NCBI RefSeq assembly: GCF_029960785.1
Contig: NZ_JASBQE010000055.1
Location: forward strand, 64,001 to 79,281
Reading direction: 5' to 3'
DNA length: 15,281 nucleotides
Origin: Polyangium sp. 15x6
Lineage (GTDB): Bacteria; Myxococcota_A; Polyangia; Polyangiales; Polyangiaceae
Part shown: in pieces, positions 13,858 to 15,281 of the stretch
Position numbering within the stretch: the stretch's first letter is position 1
Layout of the letters: every line of letters starts with the position of its first letter
Notes under the pieces: generated by a model
The model's input: only the letters and a program-made list of their open reading frames with translations
The model's database searches: none
What the model was told of the DNA's origin: nothing
Translations under genes and position numbers: made by a program

Positions 13858-14118
13858 ATGACGTGGCTCGATATGTGCCGCTCCGACGAGTATCGGGGGC
13901 GGTGGGTCGCACTGGACAACATCGATTACGAGGACGGCTCGTCCCAACCCCAGCAGGCGGATGTCGTCGACAGCGACGAGGACCTCGGGGAGTTATGCAG
14001 CCGGATGCGCGAGTCCGACAGGACGGCATGCGCGATCCTGTACTGCGAGGATGACTCGTTCGCGCCGCCCGTCGCCAAGCGGGCCGCGATGCAGACGCGA
14101 GGTGCCGTGCACCGCTAG
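13858..14118 (+). CDS. Small hypothetical protein (86 aa from ATG 13858; the ORF track starts at ATG 13828) resembling DUF5678-type small proteins (Y-x-G-R-W-V-A-L ... V-V-x-S-x-x-L-x-E-L motif); function unknown
   Basis: Translation: MTWLDMCRSDEYRGRWVALDNIDYEDGSSQPQQADVVDSDEDLGELCSRMRESDRTACAILYCEDDSFAPP.... GC3 is about 87%, which is typical of coding sequence here and far above the flanking non-coding DNA. GGAG lies 10 nt upstream of the ATG at 13858. The stop is TAG at 14116-14118. The family assignment is from memory and is unverified. Confidence 0.55.
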   Translation: MTWLDMCRSDEYRGRWVALDNIDYEDGSSQPQQADVVDSDEDLGELCSRMRESDRTACAILYCEDDSFAPPVAKRAAMQTRGAVHR

Positions 14119-14225
14119 CAAGCTCTGCGCAGCTCCCGCCTCGATTCCCCCCGCTTTCTTCCCCACGAAATCAGCTGCCACGAAGGACGCGACCCGAGAC
14201 GCGCCCGGGCCGATGCTTTGAGCTC

Positions 14226-15281
14226 CTAGCGAAGGATCGGCTTGAGCGTGGGTTTGCCGTCCTTCATCACCACGTTGTAATCGACCGATTTTTGCGGGTG
14301 AGAGGCCTTGAGCTTCTCGGCCTGCTGGCGGAGCTGCTTGGCGAGCGCCTCGTACGTGACGCCCGCGGTCGACTCCTTCGCAGCGCGCTTGGCCTCGACG
14401 TACTGCGCGTAAATCTGGCGGATTCGCGCGTCGGAGAGGTCCTCGGACGAACCTTGTGACGGGCGAGGTCGCGCGGGCTGCAGGCGCGGCTCGGGCTGCG
14501 GGCGTGGCTCGGGGAAGCCTGCTGCGGCCGTGTCCGGAGGCGACGGCGCCTCGGTCGGAGGATCGGGCGGCGGCGTCGGTGTGACGACCGCGCGCATATT
14601 TCGGCTGCTCTTTCGTCGTGAGGGCGGCGCCGGCACGCTCGGCGCGGGTTCGTCGGACACGTTCGGGACGTGGACGGCCCGCGTGCGTGTGCTCGAAGGC
14701 CTGCGTCGCGAGGGCGGCCCTTGCTTGGGCGCGTCGAGGTCGAGGTCGAGGTCCAGCGGGCGCGCCGAGGCAGGGCCGCTCGGGCCGATTTTGCCTTGTT
14801 TCGCCTGGGCCGCGAGCTCGGCGACGCGGCGCTTGCCGAGGTCGGGTGACGAAGCCTGCGGGCGTCGCGCGGCCGGCGCTTCCTCCGGCGATGAAGCCTC
14901 GGCGGGCTTCGTCTCGGCGGGTTTTGGATCCGCGGGCTTCGCCGCCGAGGCCTCGACCGGCCGGCGCATCATCATCATCAGCGGCACGGGCTCCGGCTTC
15001 TTCGCGGGCTCCGGCCTGGCAGGCGGCGCGGGCGGAGGCTCGGGCGGCGGCGGAGGTGCAGGCTCGGGCGGAAGCGCGGACGCACGATCGATCGGCGCCG
15101 AGGGGAGCGGCGGGCGCTGCGGCGGCGGTGCCTTCACGGCGAGCGGAGGCGGCGGCGCGGGGGGTTTGCCCGCGGGCGGCGGCGGCGGCGCGGGGGGTTT
15201 GCCCGCGGGGGGAGGCAGCGGCGGTGCAGCCGGTTTCGTGGCCGCAGGCGGCGGAGGCGGCGGCGCTGTGGGTTTGCCCGC
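14226..15281 (-). CDS. Proline-rich low-complexity protein with a conserved-looking ~70-aa C-terminal domain; the N-terminus lies beyond the right edge of the window (the frame is open to 15281; the 'start' at 15137 in the ORF track is an internal GTG)
   Basis: The frame is open from 15281 to the TAG at 14226. The protein reads ...AGKPPAPPPPPAGKPPAPPPPLAVKAPPPQRPPLPSAPIDRASALPPEPAPPPPPEPPPAPPARPEPAKKPEPVPLMMMMRRPVEAS...LDLDLD..., then a less biased C-terminus DARIRQIYAQYVEAKRAAKESTAGVTYEALAKQLRQQAEKLKASHPQKSVDYNVVMKDGKPTLKPILR. GC3 is very high. The strongly biased composition makes the coding call less certain than for the globular genes. Confidence 0.65.
   Translation of the reverse strand, partial: AGKPTAPPPPPPAATKPAAPPLPPPAGKPPAPPPPPAGKPPAPPPPLAVKAPPPQRPPLPSAPIDRASALPPEPAPPPPPEPPPAPPARPEPAKKPEPVPLMMMMRRPVEASAAKPADPKPAETKPAEASSPEEAPAARRPQASSPDLGKRRVAELAAQAKQGKIGPSGPASARPLDLDLDLDAPKQGPPSRRRPSSTRTRAVHVPNVSDEPAPSVPAPPSRRKSSRNMRAVVTPTPPPDPPTEAPSPPDTAAAGFPEPRPQPEPRLQPARPRPSQGSSEDLSDARIRQIYAQYVEAKRAAKESTAGVTYEALAKQLRQQAEKLKASHPQKSVDYNVVMKDGKPTLKPILR
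15145..15281. repeat. About 33-nt degenerate tandem repeats (4 or more copies, cut by the window end) encoding P-A-G-K-P-P-A-P-P-P-P units in the Pro-rich protein
   Basis: Copy A (15145-15177) is GGAGGCGGCGGCGCGGGGGGTTTGCCCGCGGGC. Copy B (15178-15210) is GGCGGCGGCGGCGCGGGGGGTTTGCCCGCGGGG, 31/33 identical. Later copies are more diverged and still contain GGTTTGCCCGC. A separate (GAGGTC)x3 microrepeat at 14735-14756 encodes LDLDLD. Confidence 0.7.

Noticed and set aside
13616-14029. 137-aa minus-strand ORF overlapping the small plus-strand ORF and the kinase-downstream spacer
   Set aside because: Over 13616-13830 its GC3 is only about 60%, which is non-coding-like for this genome. The upstream half is the antisense of the better-supported plus-strand ORF. 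It is Arg-rich with no motif.

Overview
This 15.3-kb window is very high-GC (about 70%) bacterial DNA. Nearly every housekeeping gene lies on the minus strand, in the classical tRNA-tufB / secE-nusG / rplKAJL-rpoBC arrangement. Reading along the minus strand (right to left) the order is: tRNA-Thr(UGU), tRNA-Tyr(GUA), tRNA-Gly(UCC), tRNA-Thr(GGU), tuf (EF-Tu), rpmG (L33), tRNA-Trp(CCA), secE, nusG, rplK (L11), rplA (L1), rplJ (L10), rplL (L7/L12), rpoB, and the first ~325 codons of rpoC, which runs off the left edge. Each gene has a recognisable Shine-Dalgarno sequence, and three junctions look translationally coupled (tuf-rpmG, rplA-rplJ, rpoB-rpoC). Beyond the tRNA promoter region the plus strand carries a membrane-anchored Hanks-type Ser/Thr kinase with an N-terminal zinc ribbon, followed by a small conserved-looking ORF that resembles DUF5678. 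The right edge holds a very proline-rich repeat protein on the minus strand, truncated by the window. Composition, gene order, the Ser/Thr kinase and the Pro-rich repeat protein together suggest a myxobacterial-type (Myxococcota-like) genome; this is inference. There is no mobile element, CRISPR array or rRNA. The many long ORFs in the six-frame track that lie antisense to rpoB, tuf, the kinase and others are high-GC artefacts. The points most worth a second look are these: (1) the intergenic spacers in the ribosomal cluster sit in different places from E. coli, with rplA and rplJ fused at a 2-nt junction and spacers of about 170 nt at rplK-rplA and rplJ-rplL; (2) secE encodes three transmembrane helices plus an acidic N-terminal extension of roughly 95 residues; (3) L33 carries a Gly-rich N-terminal extension; (4) structured elements occur in the rplL-rpoB, tRNA-Trp/secE and tRNA spacers; (5) the kinase, the small ORF and the Pro-rich protein each contain perfect or near-perfect tandem DNA repeats.
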